Source: an uncultured Pseudomonadota bacterium (lineage in GTDB: Bacteria; Oederibacteriota; Muellerivitia; Muellerivitales; Muellerivitaceae). From it: a stretch of DNA of 64,000 nt. The notes beneath the pieces were generated by a model, which searched no databases, was not told the DNA's origin, and was given only the letters and a program-made list of their open reading frames with translations. A program made the position numbers and the translations under genes. Below are positions 18,352-28,901 of the stretch, one piece after another (within the stretch, counting starts at the first letter, position 1; every line of letters begins with the position of its first letter). Location: contig CAWIIP010000004.1 in assembly GCA_963836235.1 (NCBI GenBank), positions 384,001 through 448,000 of the forward strand, given 5' to 3'.

Positions 18352-19752
18352 GTGAGCGATAACACCAAATTCGGCCCGCCCAAGGGCATGCGCGACTGGC
18401 TTCCCCAAGAGACCCTCCTGCGCCAAAAGCTCATCCGGCTCATCGAACACCACTACCAGCTTTATGGGTTCCAACCCATTGATACGCCCGTTATGGAGAA
18501 CATCGAGGTCTTACAGGGCAAGGGTGGGGGAGAGAATGAGAAGTTGATGTTTAAAGTTGTGAAAAGAGGAGAAGATTTTGAAGGTGGGTTAGAAGAGATA
18601 AAACGGTTAGAAATTCTTCAAAAAATTATGCCAAATACGATAAGGCAAATAATGGGGGAACTAACAGATTATGGTCTCCGCTTTGACCTGACAGTCCCAC
18701 TCGCCCGTTATTACGCCAATCACGTCAATGACCTTCCCAAACCTTTCCGCTGTTATCACATCGGTCCCGTCTGGCGGGCCGATCGGCCGCAAAAGGGTCG
18801 TTACCGTGAATTCTATCAATGCGATATCGACATTATTGGCGGGGCTTCAGATAGCTATGAGGTTGAGCTTCTTCTAGCTACGGACCGCGTTCTTAAGGAA
18901 CTCAATGTCGGTAAATTCAAAATTCGCATTAGCCATAAATTGTTTTTGCCAATGTGGTTTAAAGAATTGGGCGTTCAGGATGAACTTATTCCGAAAGTTG
19001 CGATTATTTTTGATAAGTCTGACAAGGCATCACTGGCAGAATTAACAAGAGGATTAAACGACCTGAAGTTGTCGCCCGAAGTTGAGGAGAAATTATCGGA
19101 ACTATTAATTCATGCAATTAACAAAAACATGGGATTTAGTTTAGGATTTTCGAAGGAAATGACTCTATTAAGAAATGAAATTGTTTCGATTCAAAATAGA
19201 GTGCTGGAAATAAATCCGAATGCAAATGTTGTGTTTGACCCCTTTTTGGTAAGAGGTTTTGACTATTACACCGGCCCGGTGTTTGAGATCAATGTGGAAG
19301 ACAAGGATTTCACTTTTTCTATCGGTGGTGGGGGACGCTATGACGGCCTCATTGAGAAATTGGGAGGCCCGAAGAACACCCCGGCAGTCGGGATTTCATT
19401 GGGTTTTGAGCGGATTCTCCTCGTCTTGGCCGATAAGCAGAAGTCGGCCACCCAAGCTCACCATCCACGGGTATTCATCGTCAATAACGGCCAATCCGAA
19501 AAGGATATATTGTCTCTTGGGGAGCAGTTGCGTTCCGAGGGCATCCAAGTAGAAACCTCCCTCGAAAACAAAAAGATTGGTCAGCAATTAGAAGCCGCCC
19601 AGAAGAACGGTATTGAATACGCCATCACCGAATTTCAGCCGGGCCACAAGTCCTATAAAGTCCGCCAACTTTCCACCCGGCAGGACAGGGAAATGCCTCT
19701 GGCCGAACTTTACGACATCATGAAACGTCTTTCGGAGGGTGTGGAAGACTAA
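18352..19752 (+). CDS. hisS: Histidine--tRNA ligase
   Basis: KGMRD, LRFDLTVP, WRADRPQKGRYREFYQCD, LVRGFDYYTG, GGGRYDGL, GFERI. Confidence 0.97.
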   Translation: MSDNTKFGPPKGMRDWLPQETLLRQKLIRLIEHHYQLYGFQPIDTPVMENIEVLQGKGGGENEKLMFKVVKRGEDFEGGLEEIKRLEILQKIMPNTIRQIMGELTDYGLRFDLTVPLARYYANHVNDLPKPFRCYHIGPVWRADRPQKGRYREFYQCDIDIIGGASDSYEVELLLATDRVLKELNVGKFKIRISHKLFLPMWFKELGVQDELIPKVAIIFDKSDKASLAELTRGLNDLKLSPEVEEKLSELLIHAINKNMGFSLGFSKEMTLLRNEIVSIQNRVLEINPNANVVFDPFLVRGFDYYTGPVFEINVEDKDFTFSIGGGGRYDGLIEKLGGPKNTPAVGISLGFERILLVLADKQKSATQAHHPRVFIVNNGQSEKDILSLGEQLRSEGIQVETSLENKKIGQQLEAAQKNGIEYAITEFQPGHKSYKVRQLSTRQDREMPLAELYDIMKRLSEGVED

Positions 19753-19761
19753 ATCGGGGTA

Positions 19762-19789
19762 TTGAGCGGTTAAAAAGTTGTGCTATTAT
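19762..19789 (+). promoter_or_regulatory. Putative sigma70 promoter for aspS (extended -10)
   Basis: TTGAGC-16 nt-TATTAT with TG-N directly before the -10 box. Confidence 0.4.
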
Positions 19790-19835
19790 ACGGCTCCTTT
19801 TGGGGGCTTTTTTCATTTATACAGGAGTTACTAAC

Positions 19836-21626
19836 GTGGCGGAAATGCTCGGCGGCTGGAAAAGATCACACAAGTGCGGGGACCTGCGGGCCTCTGATGT
19901 CGGTAAGACCGTGACCCTGATGGGTTGGGTGCACCACCGCCGGGATCATGGCGGGCTGGTGTTCGTGGACTTGCGCGACCGTTATGGCGTAACCCAGATT
20001 GTGTTTGACCCCCAATTGGCCGACAAGGTGCATAAACAATCCCATCTGATTCGCAGTGAATGGGTTTTGGCGATCAAGGGCGAGGTGACGAAGCGCCCTG
20101 AGGGGACGATCAATTCCAAGATCGCCACCGGCGAGATTGAAATCCGCTGTTCCGAAGTGAAGGTCCTCAACGAATCCCTGACCCCCGTATTTCCCATTGA
20201 GGATGACGTGGATGTGGCTGAGGAAACCCGCATGGAATACCGCTATCTTGACCTGCGGCGCGAATACATGAAAAACAAGCTGATCGCCCGGCACAAGATG
20301 GCGATGGCGGCCCGCAATTACATGAGCGAAGAGGGATTCCTGGAAATCGAAACGCCCATCCTCATCAAAAACACACCGGAAGGTTCCCGCGAATATGTGG
20401 TGCCGAGCCGGGTCAACCCCGGCAAATTTTTCGTGCTTCCGCAGAGCCCCCAACAATTGAAGCAGACCTGTATGATCGCCGGATTGGACAAATATTTCCA
20501 AATTGCAAAGTGCTTCCGGGACGAGGACCTTCGCGCCGACCGCCAACCTGAATTTACTCAGATCGACATTGAAATGTCCTTTATCGACGAAGAAGACATC
20601 TATCGGGTTGGGGAAGGGCTGATGAAGGCCATCTTCAAGGGAGCTTTGGGTGAGGATTTGAAAACCCCTTTTCAGCGCCTGACTTATGACGAGTCGATGG
20701 AGCGTTATGGGAACGACAAACCGGACCTGAGGTTTGACTTGCCGCTGGTGAACGTGGGCGGCATCGCCGCCAAGTCCGACTTTAAGGTCTTCAAGGACGT
20801 GATCGCCCGCGGCGATATCGTGAAGGCGCTCAACGCCAAGGGCTGCGCGGAATTTTCCCGTAAAGACTTAGAAGACCTTACCGGCTTCGTGGGTAAATAC
20901 GGCGCCAAGGGAATGGCTTGGTTCAAGGTGAAGGATGGCAAACTCGATTCCAATATCGTCAAATACTTTCAGCCGGAGGTTCAGGCTGAACTTCTTAAAG
21001 CTTTAAAGGCCGAAGAAGGGGACTTGCTTCTTTTTGGCGCGGACCAGGCTTCGACCGTGAATGATTCAATGGGAGCACTGCGTGTTGAAATCGCCCGCCG
21101 TAAGGGTTTGATTGAGAAGGGGCCCAAATGGGCCTTCGCTTGGGTGACGGATTTTCCGATGTTCGGAAAAGATGAGAAGGGAAGGCTCTTTTCCATGAAC
21201 CATCCCTTTACCGCGCCCCGTGAAAAAGACACGCCCCTTTTGGATACCGATCCGACCAAGGTGACGGCCCGGGCTTATGACATGGTTTTGAACGGCCTCG
21301 AATTGGGAAGCGGGACGATCCGTATCCATGACTCCGCTTTACAATCCAAAATATTCAGCCTGTTGGATATTTCGAAGGAAAAAGCCCAGGAACGTTTCGG
21401 CTTTCTGCTCAAGGCCTTAACTTACGGCGCGCCGCCCCACGGCGGAATGGCCGTTGGGTTGGACCGTATCGCCATGCTATTAACCGGCGCCCCCAATATT
21501 CGGGACGTCATCGCCTTCCCCAAAACGGCCAAGGCTACCGACTTGATGACGGGTTCACCTTCTGAGATTGACGAAGAATTGATGAAAGAGCTCAAGATCA
21601 AGATCGAGTTGGAAGACCTGACTTAA
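19836..21626 (+). CDS. aspS: Aspartate--tRNA ligase (likely non-discriminating Asp/Asn type)
   Basis: RRDHGG, YRYLDLRR, LPQSPQ, CFRDEDLRADRQPEFTQIDIE, GAD insert, PPHGG; GTG start at 19836 behind AGGAG. Confidence 0.97.
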   Translation: MAEMLGGWKRSHKCGDLRASDVGKTVTLMGWVHHRRDHGGLVFVDLRDRYGVTQIVFDPQLADKVHKQSHLIRSEWVLAIKGEVTKRPEGTINSKIATGEIEIRCSEVKVLNESLTPVFPIEDDVDVAEETRMEYRYLDLRREYMKNKLIARHKMAMAARNYMSEEGFLEIETPILIKNTPEGSREYVVPSRVNPGKFFVLPQSPQQLKQTCMIAGLDKYFQIAKCFRDEDLRADRQPEFTQIDIEMSFIDEEDIYRVGEGLMKAIFKGALGEDLKTPFQRLTYDESMERYGNDKPDLRFDLPLVNVGGIAAKSDFKVFKDVIARGDIVKALNAKGCAEFSRKDLEDLTGFVGKYGAKGMAWFKVKDGKLDSNIVKYFQPEVQAELLKALKAEEGDLLLFGADQASTVNDSMGALRVEIARRKGLIEKGPKWAFAWVTDFPMFGKDEKGRLFSMNHPFTAPREKDTPLLDTDPTKVTARAYDMVLNGLELGSGTIRIHDSALQSKIFSLLDISKEKAQERFGFLLKALTYGAPPHGGMAVGLDRIAMLLTGAPNIRDVIAFPKTAKATDLMTGSPSEIDEELMKELKIKIELEDLT

Positions 21627-21639
21627 GCCTCTCAAGGCG

Positions 21640-22161
21640 ATGTTAATGCAAACCATCAAAGCCCTAAATCAAGAAAATCTGGACCGCTTCATTGATTTTT
21701 TGTTTGAATTTGAACGTCCCAAAGTTTGGCAAGAATATTCCGATTATGGCCAAAAGTTGAAAGAGTTCCATTCTCCGAAAGAAGTAAGGGAGGTCATAGG
21801 AAATCCCAAAAACAGTATCCTGGCCATTTATTTCCCTCGAACAAAAGGTTCACTAGACTTCCGAAAGATCAATCTTGTCCCGGAAGCTTGTGATGGCCAT
21901 ACCTTTCGGTTTCAAGTAAGGGGATGGGCCCTTTTTCACCTTTATCTTGATTACAAAAGACCACATTTGATCGGATGTAGAATTTCATGTAATTCTCAGA
22001 AGCGGGCGGAAGCCTGGTATTCGACCATGCGTGAAATGGGAAATCCTGGGCGCTGGGACTGGAAAGAAGTTGAATCAATCGGCAGAGCTATTACCAGGAA
22101 AATGGGACAACTGGCGGAAAAAGATAAAAGGACCATCGGAAAAACCAGAAAAGCCAAATAG
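21640..22161 (+). CDS. Hypothetical protein (lower GC than aspS)
   Basis: 173-aa ORF directly after aspS; no recognisable motif. Confidence 0.6.
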   Translation: MLMQTIKALNQENLDRFIDFLFEFERPKVWQEYSDYGQKLKEFHSPKEVREVIGNPKNSILAIYFPRTKGSLDFRKINLVPEACDGHTFRFQVRGWALFHLYLDYKRPHLIGCRISCNSQKRAEAWYSTMREMGNPGRWDWKEVESIGRAITRKMGQLAEKDKRTIGKTRKAK

Positions 22162-22169
22162 GAAATCAC

Positions 22170-24347
22170 TCAGTTTTGGATCTTGAAATAAAAGAGGTTG
22201 CAAACGTAATTCTTCTTTGGGCTTTTAAACTCTTTCGGTAGCCAGCCTTCCTTCATCAGTTTCTTTCCCGCCACCTTTAATTTTTCGCCTTGGATTTCAT
22301 ATTTTTTGCCAGGGTTTAAACCTCGCAAGCGAATAGATTTGGCTTTTAAGCCCTTCTTGAAAGGCTTTGCCTGAAACACGAAAAGTAAACCCTCGGTTTG
22401 GGACTCGTTGACGAACATCCAGGAGACCCGGTCCGAATCGTAAGGGCTTTCCAGGCGGTGAAAATTCCCGAACTGCACCAAGGTGCGGATTTTTTTGTAT
22501 TGGGCGATATAACCCGAGACTTCCTTTTTTTCTTTGGCCGTCCACTTGGTCACATCCAGTTCCAGCCCGAAATTGCCCGACATCGCCATCAAGGCCCGCC
22601 ACTTCAACGGGGTTTCTCGCTTGGTGATGTGGTTGGGGGAAGCGGCGATATGGGCCCCCTGGGTGATGGGGGGGTAACAAAAGCCGGTGCCATATTGGAT
22701 GAAAAGCCGGTCCAGGCCGTCGCTGTTATCCGAGGTCCAGATTTGGGGGTGGTAACTGAGGATTCCCAGGTCAAAACGGGCCCCGCCGCCCGCGCAACCC
22801 TCGAAAAGAATGTGGGGGAAACGCTTGTTGAAGCGGTCCATCAGCTCGTAAACGCCGAACATATAGCGGTGGTAAAGCTCGGTTTGGCGGTCGGGGGGCA
22901 GGATTTCATTGCCGACTTCGGTCAGGGCCCGGTTCATATCCCACTTCACGTAATCGACCTTGGCTTCTTCCAGCACCTTGCCGATGGTCTCGAAAAGATA
23001 ATCCCTTATTTCCTTGCGGCTCATATCCAACACCAACTGGGTTCGGAAGGTCAGCCGGTCCCGGCCCGGCACGTGGAGGCACCAGTCGGGATGCTGTTCG
23101 TAAAGCTTGCTCCGGGGCGAAACCATTTCGGGCTCGATCCAGAGACCGAACTTCATTCCGAGGGCGTGGACGTCCTCCGCCAAACCCTTCACCCCCCGAG
23201 GCAGTTTCTTCGGGTCCTCAAACCAGTCGCCCAGGGAGCTGTCGTCCTTGTCTCGCTCGCCAAACCAGCCATCGTCCAAAACCATCAGCTCCACGCCCAT
23301 TTCCCCGGCGGTTTTGGCGATGCGCAGGATGTCGTCGTGCTTGAAGTTGAAATAAGTGGCTTCCCAGTTGTTGATAAGGATGGGGCGGGGTTTGTCCCGC
23401 CACTCGCCCCGGGTGACGCGCTTGCGGATGAAAGGGTGATAGTTACGGCTCAAGCCGCTGAAGCCCTTGTTGGAATAGGCCATGACACATTCGGGGGTGA
23501 AGAAGGATTTGCCCGGCTCCAGCCGCCACTTAAAATCGAAGTCGTTCAAGCCCATTCCCAACCTCAGCCAGCCATTGCGCTGGATTTCCCCTTCCATCAC
23601 CCAATTGCCGCTATAGGCCAGGGCCAGGCCGTACACTTCGCCTTTTTCCTCGCTCGCCTCGCCCCGGGTAACCATGATAAAGGGGTTCATTTCATGCGAC
23701 GAAATACCCCGGCGGCTTTCCAGGCGGACGGTTCCTTGCAGGAGGGATTGCTTTTGAAGACGGCGCTCATGCGCCCAGGCGCCGGCAAAACTGATGAGCT
23801 GGTAATCGCCACCGGGCAGGTCGGTTCCGGTGCTCATGAGTTTCAGGACATGGAGGGCTTCCGCTCCGCTATTTTGAAGGGCGGCTCGCTTGATCAAGAT
23901 GTTCCATTGGGGATAAAGGGTGTAATAGAGGGAAAGATCAAGGTTCTTGAGTTCGTCCCGCAAAATGATGTGGAGAGTTTCCGCTTCCCCGGGGTCCTCC
24001 GTATAGGAACAGGGTCCCTCAAAGACCGGCTTACCGGGAAGGATTTCGTGGGAGCGATAGGTGAAATGGCTGATCCGGGACCCATCGGCATGTTCCAGGC
24101 GAAAAGCCGGGTTTCGCAAGTCATTGTGGCCAAAGTCAGGGAATTCCCGACGCTGGTTTTCCAAGATGACGGTGGTTTCGACGGATCGGGTTCGCCATTC
24201 CGTCAGCAGAGTCATCAGGGAATGGGGCGGCAGCAGGGCTCCCCAATGGAGGTGGTGCAAATCACCCTTGGGAGATATCCCGAGCAGGTAAGAAAAGTCT
24301 TTTCCCTCGAGAAGAAAATAGTTTTGATCTTGAATGAAAGTAATCAT
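22170..24347 (-). CDS. Alpha-galactosidase, GH36
   Basis: NNWEATYF, VLDDGWFG, FGLWIEPEM, YVKWDMNR, EGCAGGGARFD, WTSDNSD. Confidence 0.96.
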   Translation of the reverse strand: MITFIQDQNYFLLEGKDFSYLLGISPKGDLHHLHWGALLPPHSLMTLLTEWRTRSVETTVILENQRREFPDFGHNDLRNPAFRLEHADGSRISHFTYRSHEILPGKPVFEGPCSYTEDPGEAETLHIILRDELKNLDLSLYYTLYPQWNILIKRAALQNSGAEALHVLKLMSTGTDLPGGDYQLISFAGAWAHERRLQKQSLLQGTVRLESRRGISSHEMNPFIMVTRGEASEEKGEVYGLALAYSGNWVMEGEIQRNGWLRLGMGLNDFDFKWRLEPGKSFFTPECVMAYSNKGFSGLSRNYHPFIRKRVTRGEWRDKPRPILINNWEATYFNFKHDDILRIAKTAGEMGVELMVLDDGWFGERDKDDSSLGDWFEDPKKLPRGVKGLAEDVHALGMKFGLWIEPEMVSPRSKLYEQHPDWCLHVPGRDRLTFRTQLVLDMSRKEIRDYLFETIGKVLEEAKVDYVKWDMNRALTEVGNEILPPDRQTELYHRYMFGVYELMDRFNKRFPHILFEGCAGGGARFDLGILSYHPQIWTSDNSDGLDRLFIQYGTGFCYPPITQGAHIAASPNHITKRETPLKWRALMAMSGNFGLELDVTKWTAKEKKEVSGYIAQYKKIRTLVQFGNFHRLESPYDSDRVSWMFVNESQTEGLLFVFQAKPFKKGLKAKSIRLRGLNPGKKYEIQGEKLKVAGKKLMKEGWLPKEFKSPKKNYVCNLFYFKIQN

Positions 24348-24529
24348 GGAGCCCGGGTAAATGAGGTTTTGAGGATTCTAACCGATGTGGGAGTGAAGTT
24401 AAATGAGCCCTTTCCCGCTAAACCTTTTTAAGGGGGTGTTTCAGGCTCCTCCGATCGCCTTGACGGGGTCTTTAAATGCTTCGATAATGTTTCAAGCGGT
24501 GGTTGAAACTACCCAAGGGGGCAATAGCG

Positions 24530-25057
24530 ATGAATTACTCGAAAATGCTTTTAGTTGCCGCGGTGCTGACGGGATGGATGGCAGCGGGTTGTACGGGGAA
24601 GAAAAGAATCGAAGGAACGGAAGTCCCCACCCAGCCTCAAACCAATGACGTGACGATGCCGGCACAAGCCATGCCGGAGGCTCCACCCGCGCCAGAGGCC
24701 CCGCCTGCCATGGCCGTAGCCACGCCTGTTCCTACGGAAGCCCCCGCTCCTCCACCCGCCCCGCCGGCTGAGGTGGAGAAGGCTCTGGAGAAGTACATTG
24801 TGGTCAAGGGAGATACTCTCTGGGGCATCTCGGGCATGTCGATTATTTATAAGGATAACTTCGAATGGCCTTTGCTTTTCAAGGAGAACCGGGATCAAAT
24901 TAAGGATCCGGATTTAATTTATCCTAAGCAGGAATTCCTCATCCGTAGGGATTGGACCCAGGAAGACCTTGATAAGGCGCACAAGGACGCGAATGACACG
25001 CCTAAATACGTGCCTCATACCGCTCCTCGCGAAACATTGCCGGTAAATTATTTCTGA
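24530..25057 (+). CDS. LysM peptidoglycan-binding lipoprotein
   Basis: Lipobox AAGC, Pro/Ala linker, YIVVKGDTLWGIS...WPLLFKEN..QIKDPDLIYP. Confidence 0.9.
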   Translation: MNYSKMLLVAAVLTGWMAAGCTGKKRIEGTEVPTQPQTNDVTMPAQAMPEAPPAPEAPPAMAVATPVPTEAPAPPPAPPAEVEKALEKYIVVKGDTLWGISGMSIIYKDNFEWPLLFKENRDQIKDPDLIYPKQEFLIRRDWTQEDLDKAHKDANDTPKYVPHTAPRETLPVNYF

Positions 25058-25091
25058 GTGGGATGACCTTTAGACATTTTGCGTTTGATTT

Positions 25092-25134
25092 TAAAAACTC
25101 CCTTTTCTTGAGAATTAAGGAAAGGGAGTTTTTA
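25092..25134 (+). terminator. Long inverted repeat / intrinsic terminator
   Basis: taaaaactcccttt...aaagggagttttta after the LysM gene. Confidence 0.65.
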
Positions 25135-25181
25135 TTTATAAGCCGATTGAAGGATATCGATTCAGTTTCAGGGAGTAAACA

Positions 25182-26165
25182 TTGGTCCAGGCCGTAAGCC
25201 GCCGGATTACATTGGAAGACCAACAGGAATGCGTGAGACTGTTCGGGGAAAAGGACCTGACCCTGAAGCTTCTCCAGGATTCCTTTACCGTGACCCTGGT
25301 GGCCCGCGGCAACGAGATTATCCTTTCCGGTGAGCCCCTGGAGGTTTCCCGCGCCAGCCAAGTCATCGAAAGATTAAGGCATCATTTGAAACAGGAAAAA
25401 GACGGCTACTTGCCAGCCGGGGCGGTGAGGAAAATGATAGCCGAAACGAAAGGCGACCAGCCGGAACCGGAAGAAGAAGTCCATGAGACCATCCTGGTGT
25501 CCTCCCACAAAAAACCAATCCATGCCCGTTCGGCTAACCAGCAAAAATACGTGGACGCGATCAAGAAAAACGATATCGTGTTCGGGATCGGCCCCGCCGG
25601 CACGGGTAAAACCTACTTGGCCATGGCCATGGCCGTGATGGCTTTGCGGGAAGCGGAGGTGGAAAGGCTGATTCTCACCCGGCCCGCGGTGGAAGCCGGG
25701 GAAAAATTGGGGTTCCTGCCGGGAGACCTGCAGGACAAGGTCGATCCTTATTTGCGCCCACTTTACGACGCCCTTTACGACATGGTGGAATATGACAAAT
25801 TACAGCGGCTTTTTCAGCAGCGAACGGTGGAAGTGGCGCCCCTCGCTTATATGCGGGGCCGCACCCTTTCCAATGCCTTTATTATTCTAGACGAGGCCCA
25901 AAACACCAGCCCGGAACAAATGAAGATGTTCCTGACCCGCATGGGCAATGGGTCCAAGATGGTGGTGACGGGGGATGTCACCCAGATTGACTTGCCCCAG
26001 GGAAAAAGTTCAGGCTTGATTGAAGTTCAAAAGATTCTTTCCAAAGTCAAAGGCGTTGAGTTTATCCAATTCAGCTCCAAGGACGTGGTACGGCACTATT
26101 TGGTACAGCATATTTTGGAAGCCTACCATGTTCACGATCAGGAAAAGAAAGATAAGCGGGTTTGA
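25182..26165 (+). CDS. phoH: PhoH family ATPase
   Basis: [50 protein letters not shown]. Confidence 0.96.
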   Translation: MVQAVSRRITLEDQQECVRLFGEKDLTLKLLQDSFTVTLVARGNEIILSGEPLEVSRASQVIERLRHHLKQEKDGYLPAGAVRKMIAETKGDQPEPEEEVHETILVSSHKKPIHARSANQQKYVDAIKKNDIVFGIGPAGTGKTYLAMAMAVMALREAEVERLILTRPAVEAGEKLGFLPGDLQDKVDPYLRPLYDALYDMVEYDKLQRLFQQRTVEVAPLAYMRGRTLSNAFIILDEAQNTSPEQMKMFLTRMGNGSKMVVTGDVTQIDLPQGKSSGLIEVQKILSKVKGVEFIQFSSKDVVRHYLVQHILEAYHVHDQEKKDKRV

Positions 26166-26187
26166 TGAAAAACGAGCTTCTGTTTTC

Positions 26188-26643
26188 ATGAAATTTCTGC
26201 TTCGGCAAAAGGGGAATGAAAAGTCACTGTCCCCCGCAAAACTGCGAAGCCTTTCCTCCCTCGTTTTAAAAACCGTGAAGGGTGTGGCTTTTGAAAAGAA
26301 GGCCGAGCTTTCGGTGCTATTGACCGGCGATGCCGAAGTTCAGTCCTTAAACAAGGCCTACCGGAAAAAAGATAAGATCACCGACGTCCTTTCATTTCCG
26401 CTTTTGGAAGGAAAAAAGATGAAGTCGGGCTTGGGCAAGACCATTCCCTTGGGCGATGTGGTTATCAGCCTTCCCCAAGTCCGCCGTCAAGCCGCCGAAC
26501 AAGGCAAGAAATTCGATGAAGAATTGGCCCTTTTGCTGGTGCATGGAATTCTCCACCTTTTGGGCTATGATCATGTGACCAAGGCCCAGGAAAAAAGGAT
26601 GTTCGGTCTTCAAAACCGGCTTGTGAAGAAGTGGAAAGCTTAA
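26188..26643 (+). CDS. ybeY: rRNA maturation RNase YbeY
   Basis: LNKAYR..D..TDVLSFP, LGDVVIS, HGILHLLGYDH; start taken as ATG 26188. Confidence 0.95.
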   Translation: MKFLLRQKGNEKSLSPAKLRSLSSLVLKTVKGVAFEKKAELSVLLTGDAEVQSLNKAYRKKDKITDVLSFPLLEGKKMKSGLGKTIPLGDVVISLPQVRRQAAEQGKKFDEELALLLVHGILHLLGYDHVTKAQEKRMFGLQNRLVKKWKA

Positions 26644-26650
26644 ACCATTC

Positions 26651-28048
26651 ATGGATACCTATTTTTTATCCCACTTAATTGTTTTAGTTACGATGGTTCT
26701 TGTTTCCATGTTTTTTTCAGCGGTGGAAACGAGCCTGCTTTCCTTTCCCAGGCTTCTGCTTCAGCGCAAGGCGGAGGAACCGGGACTTTTAGGAGCGGCT
26801 TTCAAGGAATGGCATGACCATCCGAACCGCATTTTGACCGCCATCCTCATCGGCAACAATACGGTTAATATCGCCGCCACGACACTGGTGGCTTATATGG
26901 CGATTGAATACGCGGATCTGCATCATTTCAGCCGGGGGGCGGCCGGAACGGTAGCCTCCATCGCCGTGACTTTTGTCCTAGTCGTTTTCGGCGAAGCCAT
27001 CCCCAAAATCACGGGCCGGAGCCATACCACCGCTATGGCCACCTGGCTGATCGTTCCGATTTACCTTTTTGACCGTCTCCTGACCCCTTTGACCTGGGCA
27101 TTCGGCAAATTCGTTACCCTGCTTCTGCCCAGCTTAGGCCAAGCCTCCCTGGTTCAGGTCACGGAAGAAGACGTCAAACAATTAATCGAGATGGGCCAAA
27201 AGGCCGGAACGATCCAGGAAGAAGAACAGAAGATGATCCATTCCATCTTCAAGTTCACCGATACCCAAGTGAAGGATGTGATGATTCCCCGGACGGAAAT
27301 GTTCTGCGTGGATATTGCCACGCCCCTGGAGAAGCTATTGGACCTGGTGGTTCAAAATGGTTATTCCCGGGTGCCGATTTACAAAGGGGTCGTTGATAAT
27401 ATCGTGGGAAGCATCAACACCAGGGACCTGCTCTCCATTTGGAAAAACCATGACCTGATCGTGTTGCAGGACCTGCTTCGAAAGCCTTATTTCGTTCCGG
27501 AGTCCATGAGGGTGGACCGCCTTTTGCGTGAATTCCGGAAGGGGCGGTTTCACATGGCCATCGTAGTGGATGAATATGGTGGCACGGCTGGGCTGGTGAC
27601 TTTGGAAGATTTGGTGGAGGAGATCGTAGGCGAGATTCGGGATGAACACGAAACCGAAGAAGATAAGGCGATCACCCGGCTGGAGGACGGTTCCTGGGTC
27701 ATCGAGGCCGATGTGGCCTTGGACGAGGTGAACGAGGCCTTGGGGCTTCACCTGACCCCCAAGGGAGAAGTGGCCAGTTTGGGTGGCTATTTGATGGAAA
27801 CCTTGGGAAAAATGCCCCGCAAGGGAAGGGTCGTTGAGGACCGGGAAGCGATCTTCAAGATATTGGAAGCCAGCGAAAAAAGCGTCGTGAAGGTCAAAGT
27901 CACCAAGCGGAAGGTGCCTTTGGTATCGGTGGAGGCGGAAGAGGGATCGCCCGCGGCACCCAAACCAAGGCGTAAGAAGATAAAAACTCCTGTGGCTGAA
28001 AGCGCGGCCGCGGAAATGCCGGTGGAAACAAAGGTGGAAAAACATTGA
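26651..28048 (+). CDS. CNNM/HlyC-CorC family protein (DUF21-CBS-CorC)
   Basis: [59 protein letters not shown]. Confidence 0.94.
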   Translation: MDTYFLSHLIVLVTMVLVSMFFSAVETSLLSFPRLLLQRKAEEPGLLGAAFKEWHDHPNRILTAILIGNNTVNIAATTLVAYMAIEYADLHHFSRGAAGTVASIAVTFVLVVFGEAIPKITGRSHTTAMATWLIVPIYLFDRLLTPLTWAFGKFVTLLLPSLGQASLVQVTEEDVKQLIEMGQKAGTIQEEEQKMIHSIFKFTDTQVKDVMIPRTEMFCVDIATPLEKLLDLVVQNGYSRVPIYKGVVDNIVGSINTRDLLSIWKNHDLIVLQDLLRKPYFVPESMRVDRLLREFRKGRFHMAIVVDEYGGTAGLVTLEDLVEEIVGEIRDEHETEEDKAITRLEDGSWVIEADVALDEVNEALGLHLTPKGEVASLGGYLMETLGKMPRKGRVVEDREAIFKILEASEKSVVKVKVTKRKVPLVSVEAEEGSPAAPKPRRKKIKTPVAESAAAEMPVETKVEKH

Positions 28049-28097
28049 TGAGCTATCTGGACTGTCACAATCATACGGCGGAATGGCGGACCGTCAG
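28048..28097 (+). pseudogene. Relic duplicate of the 5' end of the downstream PHP gene
   Basis: ATGAGCTATCTGGACTGTCACAATCATACGGCGGAATGG ([13 protein letters not shown]) versus 28137 (MNYLDCHNHTAEW); 33/39 nt identical. Confidence 0.85.
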
Positions 28098-28136
28098 GTC
28101 GTCATTCAGGTCAATAAAGAGGGAATGTTGAAAGTA

Positions 28137-28901
28137 ATGAATTATTTAGACTGTCATAATCATACGGCTGAATGGTCCGATGGGCGCCAATCCATCGAGC
28201 AAATCCTTCAAAGGGCGAAGGAAGAAGGGGTCCGGGTGGGGCTGTCCGATCACGCGGGTCTGGGGGACTATCTCAATTCCAACGACCGGCTTTTGGCCTA
28301 TTCCGATTTTCTTTCCCAATACCCGGTGGCCCGTGGATTGGAGATGGACTTGGGCCGTAGTTTCACCGTCAGCGACGAGGCCCGGAAAAAATTCGATTAC
28401 ATGATCGGGAGCATCCATGGCATCACCCTGAACGGTCTTCGGATCGGGTTCAGTCCCCTGATCAAGTTCCTCAAAGGCGGGTTGCCGGACTACAATCCCG
28501 GCGCTCAAATCAAGGATTGGGATCTTTTCTTCCGAACCCACCTGGAAGTTTTAAAAAAAGAATTCAGCGATCAAAATTACAGCATTCTGGGCCATTGCAC
28601 CATGCTTCCGCCACTGGCGCTTGGCAAGCCTGAGGAAGTCTTTCCGGAGTGGTGGGAAGAGGATTTGATCAACACCTTGATCATGTATAACGTCGCCATG
28701 GAAATTTCCAACCGCTGGTTGACGCCTTATGACCGTCTCATGAAAAAGGCCGTAGACGCGGGTGTGAAGTTCTCGGTAGGCTCCGACGGACATGAAACCC
28801 TCAAAACCTGTGTTCTGGATTTCCCTAAAAAGATGATTGATCAGTTCGGAGTCAAGCCTGAGCGGATTTTCGATATTCCCCGAAAAATTGAAGCCGCCTA
28901 A
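28137..28901 (+). CDS. PHP-domain phosphoesterase (histidinol-phosphatase-like)
   Basis: DCHNHT..SDG, LSDH, GLEMD, IGSIH, LGH, GSDGH metal-binding motifs. Confidence 0.88.
   Translation: MNYLDCHNHTAEWSDGRQSIEQILQRAKEEGVRVGLSDHAGLGDYLNSNDRLLAYSDFLSQYPVARGLEMDLGRSFTVSDEARKKFDYMIGSIHGITLNGLRIGFSPLIKFLKGGLPDYNPGAQIKDWDLFFRTHLEVLKKEFSDQNYSILGHCTMLPPLALGKPEEVFPEWWEEDLINTLIMYNVAMEISNRWLTPYDRLMKKAVDAGVKFSVGSDGHETLKTCVLDFPKKMIDQFGVKPERIFDIPRKIEAA

Noticed and set aside
22398-24431. 677-aa plus-strand ORF
   Set aside because: Antisense shadow of the well-supported GH36 gene; no motifs of its own.
26165-26205. Possible duplicated ybeY start (atgaaaaacgagcttctg versus atgaaatttctgcttcgg)
   Set aside because: Only 12/18 nt and little amino-acid match; too weak compared with the PHP and carA scars.
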